Shown here piece after piece: positions 49,384 to 59,201 of a DNA stretch of 64,000 nucleotides. Position numbers and translations under genes: made by a program. This DNA is from an uncultured Muribaculaceae bacterium. GTDB taxonomy: Bacteria; Bacteroidota; Bacteroidia; Bacteroidales; Muribaculaceae. Numbering within the stretch: the first letter of the stretch is position 1; each line of letters begins with the position of its first letter. The notes beneath the pieces were generated by a model. It was not told where the DNA came from, did no database searches, and saw only the letters and a program-made list of their open reading frames with translations. Where the stretch lies: contig CAJGDJ010000005.1 of NCBI GenBank assembly GCA_904502025.1, positions 5,002-69,001 on the forward strand, read 5' to 3'.

Positions 49384-50925
49384 ATGAATACTCACACCAT
49401 ACTTTGGGCCGACGATGAAATTGATCTCCTTAAGCCTCACATAATGTTCTTAAAGAGCAAAGGGTACAACCTAATGACCGTTAACAATGGTCGTGATGCC
49501 CTTGAATTAGTCGAATCGCAACATTTCGACCTCATAATTCTTGACGAAAACATGCCGGGATTAACCGGGCTTGAAACTTTGTCGCGAATCAAACAAATTT
49601 CGCCACACATTCCTGTCATCATGATTACAAAAAGTGAAGAAGAAAACATCATGGACCAAGCTGTTGGCAACAAAATTGCCGACTATCTCATCAAGCCGGT
49701 AAACCCAAATCAAATTTTGCTTTCTATAAAGAAAAATCTACATAGTGAGCAATTAGTATCGGTACAAGCCACATCTGACTATCGCCAAGAGTTTAACAAC
49801 ATCACAACACTCATATCAAATGCTTCCTCTATTGAAGATTGGTATGAGCTATATAGCAAATTAGTATTTTGGGAATTGGAATTGGCATCTGCCGACACCA
49901 ACATGGACGAGCTTCTTAACATGCAAAAAATCGAAGCCAACTCCACCTTCTATAAATTTGTAAAAAAGAATTACGAGAAATGGCTCTCTACCGATAATCA
50001 CCCGGTTATGAGTCCCGATATTTTCAAATCAAAAGTATTTCCGCTACTCGATAATGGGGAAAAAGTATTTTTCATTCTCATTGACAACTTCCGTCTTGAC
50101 CAATGGCGTACCATTAAACCATTGTTGAGCGATTACTTTACATTTGAAGAAGACCAATATTGCTCAATTCTACCCACAGCAACGCAATATGCTCGAAATG
50201 CGATATTTTCAGGACTTATGCCATCGAAAATCGAGAAAATGTTTCCCGACCTATGGATTGACGAAGATGAAGATGAGGGAAAAAACATCAACGAATCTCC
50301 TTTAATCGAAACTCTTTTCAATCGTTATCGCCGTCAATGCAAATTCTCTTACAATAAAATTAACGACTCTGTTGCCGGCGACCGTCTCATTCGTGAATTT
50401 TCTAACCTTGAGAGCAATGACCTAAACATCATCGTTCTAAACTTCATCGACATGCTATCGCATGCTCGCACCGAGTCAAAGATGATTCGCGAATTAGCTG
50501 CTACCAATGCTGCATATCGCTCTTTGACTGAATCGTGGTTTAAGCACTCATCTGCTCTTGAATTATTCCGTAAAATCGCCGAAAAAGGGTATAAAATAGT
50601 TCTTACTACCGACCACGGCACTATTCGTGTCGATAATCCGATAAAAGTTGTAGGAGACAGAAATACTAATACCAACCTTCGATATAAACTTGGCAAAAAC
50701 TTAAGCTATAACCCCAAGCAAGTATATGAGATTAAACGTCCTGAAGCCTATGGACTTCCATCTCCAAATATTTCTACCACCTACATATTTGCCGGCAATC
50801 GCGACTTTTTTGCCTACCCCAATAACTATAACTACTATGTGCAGTATTATACCGACACATTCCAACATGGGGGCATTTCTCTCGAAGAAATGATTATTCC
50901 GTTAATCACATTATCAGCTAAATAA
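49384..50925 (+). CDS. porX: T9SS response regulator PorX (receiver + PglZ/alkaline-phosphatase-like domain)
   Basis: CheY-like receiver (ILWADDE...[11 protein letters not shown]...KP) fused to a ~380-aa PglZ-type domain ending ...[10 protein letters not shown]. 513 aa. Confidence 0.8.
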   Translation: MNTHTILWADDEIDLLKPHIMFLKSKGYNLMTVNNGRDALELVESQHFDLIILDENMPGLTGLETLSRIKQISPHIPVIMITKSEEENIMDQAVGNKIADYLIKPVNPNQILLSIKKNLHSEQLVSVQATSDYRQEFNNITTLISNASSIEDWYELYSKLVFWELELASADTNMDELLNMQKIEANSTFYKFVKKNYEKWLSTDNHPVMSPDIFKSKVFPLLDNGEKVFFILIDNFRLDQWRTIKPLLSDYFTFEEDQYCSILPTATQYARNAIFSGLMPSKIEKMFPDLWIDEDEDEGKNINESPLIETLFNRYRRQCKFSYNKINDSVAGDRLIREFSNLESNDLNIIVLNFIDMLSHARTESKMIRELAATNAAYRSLTESWFKHSSALELFRKIAEKGYKIVLTTDHGTIRVDNPIKVVGDRNTNTNLRYKLGKNLSYNPKQVYEIKRPEAYGLPSPNISTTYIFAGNRDFFAYPNNYNYYVQYYTDTFQHGGISLEEMIIPLITLSAK

Positions 50926-50939
50926 AAAACTGCAACATT

Positions 50940-51362
50940 ATGAGAACTATACATCTAAAATCAATTGACGACATCGCTCAAGCCGCCCACGAATTTGTGG
51001 CAGAAATGGGCGACGAAACCGTATATGCCTTTTATGGCGAAATGGGTGCCGGCAAAACAACGTTCATTAATGCATTGTGTAAAGCTCTTGGTGTTGAAGA
51101 TGACACTACCAACTCTCCATCTTTTTCAATCATCAACGAATATCGTAGCGACACAACCGCCGAGTTGATATACCATTTCGACCTTTATCGCTTAGATTCG
51201 CTCGAAGAAGCATTCGACATTGGCGTTGAGGATTATTTCGACTCTGGTGCATTATGCTTCCTTGAGTGGCCTGAACGAATTGCCGATATACTCCCTAACG
51301 ACACTGTGAAAGTTTCAATCATCGTAAACGATGACAACTCTCGTACCATCACTTTAGAATAA
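50940..51362 (+). CDS. tsaE: tRNA t6A37 biosynthesis ATPase TsaE
   Basis: 140 aa with P-loop GEMGAGKTT and the YHFDLYRL motif. Confidence 0.85.
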   Translation: MRTIHLKSIDDIAQAAHEFVAEMGDETVYAFYGEMGAGKTTFINALCKALGVEDDTTNSPSFSIINEYRSDTTAELIYHFDLYRLDSLEEAFDIGVEDYFDSGALCFLEWPERIADILPNDTVKVSIIVNDDNSRTITLE

Positions 51363-51365
51363 ACG

Positions 51366-52115
51366 ATGGCGATTCCATCTAAAAACATAATCAAACTACA
51401 GTCAACAGGCTCTACCAACAGTTATCTTGCAGGTAGAGCCATTGATTTGCCTCATGCCACAGTCGTTTCGACTTATAACCAAACCGCCGGACGTGGACAA
51501 CGTGGCAATTCTTGGGAATCAGAGCCCAATAAAAACCTATCGTTTTCAGTGCTTTTACGTCCTAAAAACATCATTGCCCGCCAACAATTCTACCTTTCCG
51601 AAGCTGTAAGCATCGCCATTGTAAACACCTTAAAACGACACATTCCAAACCAAAAAGTTTCTATAAAATGGCCCAACGATATATATGTCAACGACATGAA
51701 AATATGTGGCATTCTTATCGAAAATACACTTTCAGGATATAATATCTCTCAATCAATCGTAGGTGTGGGATTGAATATCAATCAACAAAAATTTATTTCC
51801 GACGCACCAAATCCAATTTCATTAACTCATTTTACTAAAATAACACACTCTCTTGATGACATACTTGAAAAGGTAACCGATGAAATTGTATCAACATTTG
51901 ACCACTACGACTCTACACAACAATTTGATACACTTCATAAAGAATATTGCTCTAAACTTTGGCACAAAGATGGCTTCTACCCTTACGCTACACCCGATGG
52001 GAATCGATTTGATGCTCAAATTGCCGATGTTGCCCCCGATGGCATTATCACCCTACGCGACACCAACAACGTCTATCGTTCCTTCGCCTTCAAAGAAGTT
52101 GCCGCTATAATTTAG
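51366..52115 (+). CDS. birA: Biotin--[acetyl-CoA-carboxylase] ligase (group I, no HTH domain)
   Basis: GRGQRGNSW motif and KWPNDI. 249 aa. Confidence 0.85.
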   Translation: MAIPSKNIIKLQSTGSTNSYLAGRAIDLPHATVVSTYNQTAGRGQRGNSWESEPNKNLSFSVLLRPKNIIARQQFYLSEAVSIAIVNTLKRHIPNQKVSIKWPNDIYVNDMKICGILIENTLSGYNISQSIVGVGLNINQQKFISDAPNPISLTHFTKITHSLDDILEKVTDEIVSTFDHYDSTQQFDTLHKEYCSKLWHKDGFYPYATPDGNRFDAQIADVAPDGIITLRDTNNVYRSFAFKEVAAII

Positions 52116-52168
52116 TCTAATTCGTGTCAAAAAGTATTGACTAATCAACATTTTACAAAATAAATCAT

Positions 52169-52176
52169 TATATTTG
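52169..52176 (+). promoter_or_regulatory. -7 box TATATTTG for the hypothetical gene at 52196
   Basis: TAnnTTTG, 19 nt upstream of the ATG. Confidence 0.55.
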
Positions 52177-52195
52177 TAAAATAGATTGGACTTAT

Positions 52196-52918
52196 ATGTC
52201 AATAAAAACAAATGTATTTATGACCCGACTTCTCTCACTTCTCATCATATTAATCACTTCATTTGCATTCACCACAAATGCCCAAATAGATTCGACTTCC
52301 ACTCGGGATAAATCCCCTAATATGGAAGAAATACGCGATTTTGCCGACTCTCGAAAATATGATAAACTCATGAAACGTTACGAAAAAAACGACCCTACAA
52401 TGAGTGTCAGCGAGTATCGTCAACTTTATTTTGGTTATGTGTTCCAACCTGAATACAAACCATATAAAAAATCGGATTACACCCGTTCAATCTCAACCTT
52501 GTATTACAAAGAACATCTTTCACGCATGGAATGCGACTCTATAATTAAATATGCTGAAATGTCATTAAAAGATGATCCTTTCAATCTTCAACAAATGAAT
52601 TATCTCATCTATGCCTATAAAACAAAAAAGAAACACAATCTTGCCCGTCATTGGCAAAATCGGCTAAACAACGTATTGCGAGCCATTCTTTCAACAGGTT
52701 CAGGAGAATCGAAAGAAACTGCATGGCACGTGATTAACATAGGACATGAATATGCCTTAATAAACTTCATGAGTCCAAACTATATCGTAGATCGGCACGA
52801 ATTTATTGAGCCACATTTCGACCACATTATCCTAAAACAATTGTCGAAGCAGCTTCCCGAAGGATTTTATTTCAACATAAAATACATGCTCGACGATTTC
52901 GACCGTTCCGGGAAATAG
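52196..52918 (+). CDS. Hypothetical secreted protein (possibly DUF4919-like; from memory, unverified)
   Basis: 240-aa ORF with a signal peptide and its own TATATTTG box 20 nt upstream. Confidence 0.6.
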   Translation: MSIKTNVFMTRLLSLLIILITSFAFTTNAQIDSTSTRDKSPNMEEIRDFADSRKYDKLMKRYEKNDPTMSVSEYRQLYFGYVFQPEYKPYKKSDYTRSISTLYYKEHLSRMECDSIIKYAEMSLKDDPFNLQQMNYLIYAYKTKKKHNLARHWQNRLNNVLRAILSTGSGESKETAWHVINIGHEYALINFMSPNYIVDRHEFIEPHFDHIILKQLSKQLPEGFYFNIKYMLDDFDRSGK

Positions 52919-52970
52919 CTATCTCAGTTATTAAACATATTTATAAGCAATAGTATTTCATTAATGTCTA

Positions 52971-53510
52971 TTAATACTTTTCTTTTGATGACATTTCATC
53001 AAGGGGTTTGCGTTGGTGTTGGCGATGGGTGTCGGTGGCATAGCCAAGCGAAATGACCATCAACACACGTTTGGAACGTGGTATCTCAAGAATTTTTCGC
53101 ATCTGTTTTTCATCAAACCACCCAAGAATACACGACCCTAATCCTTCTTGCGTAGCGGCAAGGGCAATATATGACGACACAATGCCACAGTCAATCAATG
53201 GAAAATGCTTGTTTTTTATCCAACCGCCAAGACGAGCTGTAAAGTTAGGTGATTCTTGCACAATAACAATAAATGCAGTTGCTTGGTCAACCCATTTGTT
53301 CATTCCTATCGAAGTCAACGCATGAGCCACTTCGACACAACGCGAAGCCTCGGTTACGGTTATCAAGTGCCATGGCTGTGAATTGCATGCCGAGGGAGCC
53401 AATCGTGCCGCCTCAATGATACGTGCAAGTTTGGCTGGCCCCACCTCACGAAAAGAATCGTATGCACGACAACTCTGACGAGCCTCTACAAGGTCATAAA
53501 AGTTTTTCAA
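52971..53510 (-). CDS. Nitroreductase-family protein
   Basis: 179 aa with N-terminal ...ARQSCRAY, a ...PSACNSQPW motif and ...GLGSC. The start codon is TTG (53508-53510), 9 nt after the ribE stop. Confidence 0.7.
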   Translation of the reverse strand: MKNFYDLVEARQSCRAYDSFREVGPAKLARIIEAARLAPSACNSQPWHLITVTEASRCVEVAHALTSIGMNKWVDQATAFIVIVQESPNFTARLGGWIKNKHFPLIDCGIVSSYIALAATQEGLGSCILGWFDEKQMRKILEIPRSKRVLMVISLGYATDTHRQHQRKPLDEMSSKEKY

Positions 53511-53519
53511 AGGTATCGT

Positions 53520-54128
53520 TTATTTATTTTGAAATTCAATCAAGCGGCTCAAATACTTGCCAATGATGTCAAACTCAATATTCACGCGAGTGCCTGCTAT
53601 AATATTTTTGAAGTTGGTGTGTTCAAAAGTGTAAGGAATGATTGCAACACGGAAACTATTGCGTTCAGAGTTACACACTGTGAGACTGACACCATTTACG
53701 GTTACCGAACCTTTCTCAACAGTCACATAGCCTTTTGAAGCCATTGCCGGGTCAACTTCATAAACAAACTTATAGTAATGACTACCGTCAACTTCTTCTA
53801 CACTTTCACACACTGCTGTGCAATCGACATGACCTTGCACAATGTGTCCGTCAAGACGTCCATTCATCAACATACTGCGTTCAAGGTTCACTAAATCGCC
53901 TACTTTCAAGCCTCCAAGGTTACTACGATCAAGCGTTTCTTGAATAGCTGTTACGGTATAATTATCATCGTTCAGCGACACAACTGTCAGGCACACACCA
54001 TTATGAGCCACTGATTGATCAATTTTCAACTCATTCACAAACGAGCATGTCAACGACAAATGCACATTGCCTCCATCACGCTCAATAGCCACGACCTTAG
54101 CGGCTTCTTCAACTATTCCTGAAAACAT
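53520..54128 (-). CDS. ribE: Riboflavin synthase alpha chain
   Basis: MFSGIVEE start and two lumazine-binding repeats (...VAHNGVCLTV..., ...TVNGVSLTV...). 202 aa. Confidence 0.9.
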   Translation of the reverse strand: MFSGIVEEAAKVVAIERDGGNVHLSLTCSFVNELKIDQSVAHNGVCLTVVSLNDDNYTVTAIQETLDRSNLGGLKVGDLVNLERSMLMNGRLDGHIVQGHVDCTAVCESVEEVDGSHYYKFVYEVDPAMASKGYVTVEKGSVTVNGVSLTVCNSERNSFRVAIIPYTFEHTNFKNIIAGTRVNIEFDIIGKYLSRLIEFQNK

Positions 54129-54175
54129 ATCGATTTATTGTTTTAATTTCTAATTATTGTTTTATTTTCACACTA

Positions 54176-54183
54176 CAAAAATA
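54176..54183 (-). promoter_or_regulatory. -7 box TATTTTTG for ribE-nitroreductase
   Basis: TAnnTTTG, 47 nt upstream of ATG 54128. Confidence 0.5.
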
Positions 54184-54578
54184 ACTAATAGAATTGAGAG
54201 TTGAAAATTATATCAACATCATATAAAAATGAAAAGTGTACTACTTCACAGTAGCACACCTCCCTCATAACCAAAATTCAAGTATATATAATTTACTTTA
54301 ACAAAACTTCATTGTTTTATCGTTTTATTCAATATACTTCTCTCTATACCTAAACTATAATAATTGGAATTTTCAATGCTTTTATATAAATGTATAAAAT
54401 AGTTAATTTATACCATCTCTGAATAAAAGTTGACTCTATTTTTCCTGATATTATTTTTATGCGTTTATATATATGTGCAAAATTAATGATTTAATTCTTA
54501 AATTTCACTTAAATAATGGCAATAAATATTAAAATCAGCCAAAATCTTTTCATTATTGCACAATCTACAATGTTTTAT

Positions 54579-54586
54579 TAATTTTG
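54579..54586 (+). promoter_or_regulatory. -7 box TAATTTTG for GH31
   Basis: TAnnTTTG, 28 nt upstream of ATG 54615. Confidence 0.5.
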
Positions 54587-54614
54587 TATCTGATAATATT
54601 ATACCATATTTACA

Positions 54615-56993
54615 ATGTACAAATCTAAAATCAGTAAAACTTTAGCAACAATAGCCCTTTTGCTATCTATCTCTTTAGCATCGTGGGCTGATAACGGAGT
54701 GATTTCTATCGCAACTCCATCAGGACGTGTAGTAACAGCTACCGCCATAAACGATAACATCATCAAAGTTTCTAACTCAGCGGCAGGAGAAGTTATTCCT
54801 AATTCTCAGTCAGCAATACTTGCTCCCCAAAAATTCAACGGAGAGATCATCTCTCAAGGGAACACCAAAATACTTACCACTCCATCAGGAGTGATTGTAG
54901 TATTGAATGGAAACGACGGCAGCATTTCAATCAATGCCGGAAACGATCGCATGATTGCCGATAACGGTGTTCGTGCATTAATTGATGGCAAACAACAGCT
55001 TTCGCTCGCAACTTCAGGTGTTGGTTCATACTATGGTGCAGGCGAACGTGGACATAGCCTTTCTCTCAATGGCGATACGCTTGTGATGTACAACAAACAA
55101 AACTATAGCTACATGAAAGGCGAAAAACGCATCAACCAAATGAATATTACAATGCCATTGTTCATTTCATCTAATGGCTATGCCGTACTTTTCGACGACT
55201 ATGCCGCCGCCGAAATGATTATGGGCAACCCTATTAAATACATAACCGAAGGAAAAGAACCGGTATCATACTATTTCATCAATGGAGGTGGCACTCTCGA
55301 AGGTGTAATGAAAGAATACACACTTCTCACCGGTCGTCAAGAGCTTCCGCCATTCTGGGCTATGGGATATATCACCTCGAAATATGGTTATAAAACCGAA
55401 GCCGAAACACGTGGCGTGATTGACACTCTCAAACGCGAGGGCTATCCGGTTGATGGTGTCGTACTCGATCTTTATTGGTATGGCAAAGAAGAAGATATGG
55501 GGCGTTTATCTTGGGATCCCATTCAATGGCCTACTCACAAAAAAATGCTCGCCGACCTCAAAAAGAAAGGTGTTAACACAATCATCATTTCTCAGCCATA
55601 CGTATTGACCAATGGTCGTGCAATTGATAACTATAACGAACTTTCTTCTAAAGGTATGTTCTGTCGCGACTCCATGGGCAACACCCACGAAGTAACTATT
55701 TGGGTTGGTTCGGGTGGCATGTTCGACGTTTCCAATCCCGACACTCGCCAATGGCTTCGCAATCGCTATAAACAGCTCACCGACGAAGGTGTAGGTGGTT
55801 GGTGGGGCGACCTTGGCGAACCTGAAGTACACCCATTCTCAATCTACCACCACAATGGTAAGACTGCTCGTGAATATCACAACCTATACGGAAACGAATG
55901 GAGCCGTATCATCTACGACCTATACAAAGATGAATACCCCGATACTCGCCTCATGACCATGATGCGTGGGGGTACAGCCGGATTACAACGTTTCAGCGTT
56001 TATCCTTGGTCAACCGACGTTTCTCGCTCTTGGGGTGGTTTGCAACCTCAAGTAACAATTATGCTCAATTCGGGACTAAGTGGTATGGGATATATGAGCC
56101 ACGACGTAGGTGGATTTGCTATCGACCCAGCCAACCCTGTTGACCCTGAATTATATGTGCGTTGGTTGCAACTCGGCACATTCTCTCCTATCCTCCGCAC
56201 ACACTCGCAACAAGTTGCCGAGCCATATAAATATCCTGAACAACGCAACATCATTCTCAACCTCATCAACGAGCGTTATAGATGGTTGCCTTATAACTAC
56301 ACTCTCGCCTACGAAAATGCCTCTCAAGGGTTCCCTATGGTGCGTCCGCTTAATTTCTACAGCAAGCAAGACACTCGTTTCGACAACATCGACGACCAAT
56401 ACCTATGGGGACGCGACGTTATGGTTGCTCCTGTCATGACTCAAGGTGCAACATCTCGCCACATCACCTTCCCTTATGGCAAATGGGTTGACTACAACAA
56501 CCCCACTATAACCTATAATGGAGGCGAGAACATCAGCTATAATGCTCCTCTTGAAGTATTGCCACTCTTTGTGCGTGCAGGAGCATTCATTCCTCAAGCC
56601 AACTATAAAATGGGCAACACGGGCGACTACACCAATGATTGCTACACTGTGAAATACTTCCCAGTTGACGGAGTAAAGTCAAGCTACACATTGTTTGAAG
56701 ACGATCGAAAATCAACACGTTCTCTTGCCGAAAATGCTTATCGTCTTATCGAATTTACCGGCGATGCAACCGCATCATCAACCACAATCAACATTAAAAG
56801 CAAAGGAGATTATGCAGGAGCAAAAGCGTCAAAGAAAATGACAATAGAGCTTAACGGCATCACTACCAAACCTGCCGGAGCTACCATTAACGGCAAAAAA
56901 ACATCAGTGAAATATGATGCCAAAGCATCAACTGCGACCCTCACATTCAATTGGAATGTAGCAAACGAGGTCACAATCGTTGTAAAGAAGTAA
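54615..56993 (+). CDS. Glycoside hydrolase family 31 (alpha-glucosidase/alpha-glycosidase), secreted
   Basis: Signal peptide, GH31-like catalytic region with GGWWGDLGEPE (nucleophile-type W.D.GE) and HNLYG. 792 aa. Confidence 0.78.
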   Translation: MYKSKISKTLATIALLLSISLASWADNGVISIATPSGRVVTATAINDNIIKVSNSAAGEVIPNSQSAILAPQKFNGEIISQGNTKILTTPSGVIVVLNGNDGSISINAGNDRMIADNGVRALIDGKQQLSLATSGVGSYYGAGERGHSLSLNGDTLVMYNKQNYSYMKGEKRINQMNITMPLFISSNGYAVLFDDYAAAEMIMGNPIKYITEGKEPVSYYFINGGGTLEGVMKEYTLLTGRQELPPFWAMGYITSKYGYKTEAETRGVIDTLKREGYPVDGVVLDLYWYGKEEDMGRLSWDPIQWPTHKKMLADLKKKGVNTIIISQPYVLTNGRAIDNYNELSSKGMFCRDSMGNTHEVTIWVGSGGMFDVSNPDTRQWLRNRYKQLTDEGVGGWWGDLGEPEVHPFSIYHHNGKTAREYHNLYGNEWSRIIYDLYKDEYPDTRLMTMMRGGTAGLQRFSVYPWSTDVSRSWGGLQPQVTIMLNSGLSGMGYMSHDVGGFAIDPANPVDPELYVRWLQLGTFSPILRTHSQQVAEPYKYPEQRNIILNLINERYRWLPYNYTLAYENASQGFPMVRPLNFYSKQDTRFDNIDDQYLWGRDVMVAPVMTQGATSRHITFPYGKWVDYNNPTITYNGGENISYNAPLEVLPLFVRAGAFIPQANYKMGNTGDYTNDCYTVKYFPVDGVKSSYTLFEDDRKSTRSLAENAYRLIEFTGDATASSTTINIKSKGDYAGAKASKKMTIELNGITTKPAGATINGKKTSVKYDAKASTATLTFNWNVANEVTIVVKK

Positions 56994-57023
56994 GCAGCAC
57001 CAATAAAAAACGAAATAGAACCG

Positions 57024-57069
57024 AAAAAGAATCTCAATCGCTGAATTTATGCGATTGAGATTCTTTTTG
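57024..57069 (+). terminator. Terminator after GH31
   Basis: 18-bp stem AAAAAGAATCTCAATCGC/GCGATTGAGATTCTTTTT ending in a T-run. Confidence 0.85.
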
Positions 57070-57110
57070 CGATTAACAAGCCCTCTATATATGATTAAAT
57101 CATTGAAGTA

Positions 57111-57148
57111 GTGCGAAGCACATGAAAGCGAAGCGTCTATAATAACCG
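57111..57148. repeat. Inverted partial copy of the REP-like element
   Basis: GTGCGAAGCACatGaAaGCGaAGcGTCTATAATAACCG is the near reverse complement of 57325-57362 (CGGTTATTATAGACACTACGCTCTCCCGTGCTTCGCAC). Confidence 0.7.
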
Positions 57149-57232
57149 CGTGGTTGAGGTCAAAGACCGAAACCTCCGGTTATTACAATCTACACATCTG
57201 CGTCTGACAGACGCGAAATAATCATATAGCAT

Positions 57233-57400
57233 AAATCACGATATTTGCACCATTCCCGTCCTCCGGACGGCTTGGAGAGGAGGATTGATTATTCCTTTCC
57301 GAGGGTATCGCTTCGCTCTACCCTCGGTTATTATAGACACTACGCTCTCCCGTGCTTCGCACGCATTTGCCCTCTAAAAAGTTTTATCGGACACCAATAA
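57233..57400. repeat. REP/MITE-like element, copy C (same orientation as copy B)
   Basis: See copy B. An inverted partial copy at 57111-57148 pairs with 57325-57362. Confidence 0.8.
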
Positions 57401-57419
57401 GTTTCGATAGCCTCATAAA

Positions 57420-58403
57420 TCATAGCCCGAAATAGCAACTCACGTATGCCGAATAATTGTTGTCGGCTCCGACTACTGAAGGGATTGACATTCGCACATT
57501 TGGAGCAATCTTCACATACTTACACACATTAAATTCAGCTCCAACCATCATTGCATCTTCATCTTTTGCTATGTTCCAATTTTTTTTCGACATAAGTTTG
57601 TCATATCGGGCAAAAATATTTACCAACTTACTCAATGTTGCCGAACCATATACCGAAAATCCATATAGATCGGCATCTTTGACAAATCCTGCATTTTGAT
57701 AGATATTATACTCCGCTCCGAGCGAAAAACAATCGTGCTTATATCCCACAAACGCAGCCCAATTATAGGCATCTTTTGCTCCATTTTGTGCTGATTCATT
57801 CAACGAACCATAACCACGCAACACCAATCCCTTTATTGGAGTGAATGTTACTCCTAATCCATATTGCAACCCATCTTTCACCTGCACCTTTTTATATCCT
57901 TCGCCATTCACAACGATAGCATCGGCACTTACCCATGGGGCAAATTGATATGCTATCGAAAGACCAAGGTCGGCACTGCTCCCAAATTTATATTCATCTT
58001 GGAACGACTTCATTATATATCGATAACCCCAGAACTTTTCTTGAGCTTTGAATTGAGTGGTGGAAATCATACCTCCATCAAGCGTCAAGCCGCCTGTTTT
58101 CCATGTTACTTGTGCATTTTTGATATATGCGATATAATGATAATCATCTACAGCCTTGGGCTGTCCCACATCAAGCACTGCCTTTATTTGTAATCCTTTG
58201 CCAAGTGAATACTGATAACCCAAATAGCTTCGATCGAGTTCAAATCCACGATCATCTCTTTCGGCACCAAAGCCGGTGTGAACATTTGCAAATACTTGAA
58301 TTATGGCTTTCCCTTGGGGCTTCGATACAGCTTCATTATCGCTTGCTTGAGCCACCATCGACGACACAAAAATCGTCAATAATAATATTAAATACCTATT
58401 CAT
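57420..58403 (-). CDS. Outer-membrane beta-barrel porin
   Basis: Signal peptide (MNRYLILLLTIFVSSMVAQA), alternating beta-strand pattern, and C-terminal ...YVSCYFGL. Start set at ATG 58401-58403. Confidence 0.6.
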   Translation of the reverse strand: MNRYLILLLTIFVSSMVAQASDNEAVSKPQGKAIIQVFANVHTGFGAERDDRGFELDRSYLGYQYSLGKGLQIKAVLDVGQPKAVDDYHYIAYIKNAQVTWKTGGLTLDGGMISTTQFKAQEKFWGYRYIMKSFQDEYKFGSSADLGLSIAYQFAPWVSADAIVVNGEGYKKVQVKDGLQYGLGVTFTPIKGLVLRGYGSLNESAQNGAKDAYNWAAFVGYKHDCFSLGAEYNIYQNAGFVKDADLYGFSVYGSATLSKLVNIFARYDKLMSKKNWNIAKDEDAMMVGAEFNVCKYVKIAPNVRMSIPSVVGADNNYSAYVSCYFGL

Positions 58404-58464
58404 TCTTTCACAAATAAGCATCGAAACACAATCTCTACAGTGAGATTATCAACTTAGCTTATCT

Positions 58465-58539
58465 TGGTACTCCGGAGCAGAATCGAACTGCTATTTACTC
58501 TTTAGGAGAGAGTCGTTCTATCCATTGAACTACCGGAGC
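58465..58539 (-). tRNA. tRNA-Arg (anticodon CCU), CCA encoded
   Basis: Manual cloverleaf. Acceptor GCTCCGG/CCGGAGT (G1-U72), D arm GTTC-AATGGATA-GAAC, anticodon arm ACTCT-CTCCTAA-AGAGT, T arm AGCAG-TTCGATT-CTGCT, then A-CCA. 75 nt. Confidence 0.88.
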
Positions 58540-58559
58540 TCATTGCAATTTTTGCGTGG

Positions 58560-58567
58560 CAAAGATA
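58560..58567 (-). promoter_or_regulatory. -7 box TATCTTTG for tRNA-Arg
   Basis: TAnnTTTG, 20 nt upstream of the tRNA 5' end and directly after the folA stop. Confidence 0.55.
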
Positions 58568-58571
58568 GTGG

Positions 58572-59063
58572 TTATTGGCGAGATAAGCAAACAAAGCAAT
58601 AATCAACACCACTACGCTCATCGGCTATCCACCCACTTTCTTCATCTATTTGCCATTCATCGGTATCAATAGTCGGGAAAAAAGTATCGGCATCAACCAC
58701 ATCGGCATCTATCTCGGTGAGATAGATTTTAGATGCATATTTAATTGCTTCTCGGTAGATTTCCCCTCCGCCAATAACAAACACTTCATCTACGTTGCCT
58801 GCCACCGCGAGAGCATCTGAAAATGACCCTACTGTAACAATGCCCTCATGTTGATAGTCGTTTTGACGTGTTATTACGATATTTTTGCGACCGGGGAGTG
58901 GACCTTTTGGAAATGATTCAAACGTTTTACGCCCCATAATGATAGGGTGTCCCATTGTTATCTCCTTAAATCGACGCAAGTCGGCACTGATGTGAAACAG
59001 TAAATCCCCTTTACGACCTATTGCGTTATTATTTGCCACTGCTACAATTATAGATATCTCCAT
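58572..59063 (-). CDS. folA: Dihydrofolate reductase
   Basis: ISIIVAVANNNAIGRKGDLLFH...IIMGRKTFES...VIGGGEIY motifs. 163 aa, downstream of thyA. Confidence 0.9.
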   Translation of the reverse strand: MEISIIVAVANNNAIGRKGDLLFHISADLRRFKEITMGHPIIMGRKTFESFPKGPLPGRKNIVITRQNDYQHEGIVTVGSFSDALAVAGNVDEVFVIGGGEIYREAIKYASKIYLTEIDADVVDADTFFPTIDTDEWQIDEESGWIADERSGVDYCFVCLSRQ

Positions 59064-59082
59064 ACCATTTTTTTCATTATAT

Positions 59083-59174
59083 TATTCTGTCTAAAAAACA
59101 GTCCTCCCCTGTTTTAGGGGAGGTGGGTCAGCGACCCGGAGGGGTTAGTCCCTTCTGTCATTCTGTCTAAAAAA
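59083..59174. repeat. 16-nt direct repeat flanking GC-rich hairpins in the thyA-folA spacer
   Basis: ATTCTGTCTAAAAAAC occurs at 59083-59098 and 59159-59174. Between them are the hairpins CCTCCCC-TGTTTTA-GGGGAGG and GGGTC-AGC-GACCC. Confidence 0.75.
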
Positions 59175-59201
59175 CTCTTTGCGTCATTCTGGCTGAAACC
59201 A

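Noticed and set aside
54129-54614. FMN riboswitch in the long AT-rich region upstream of ribE
   Set aside because: I could not find any of the conserved GC-rich RFN core segments. The region is almost devoid of G+C apart from one terminator-like hairpin. This needs an Infernal scan to be definitive.
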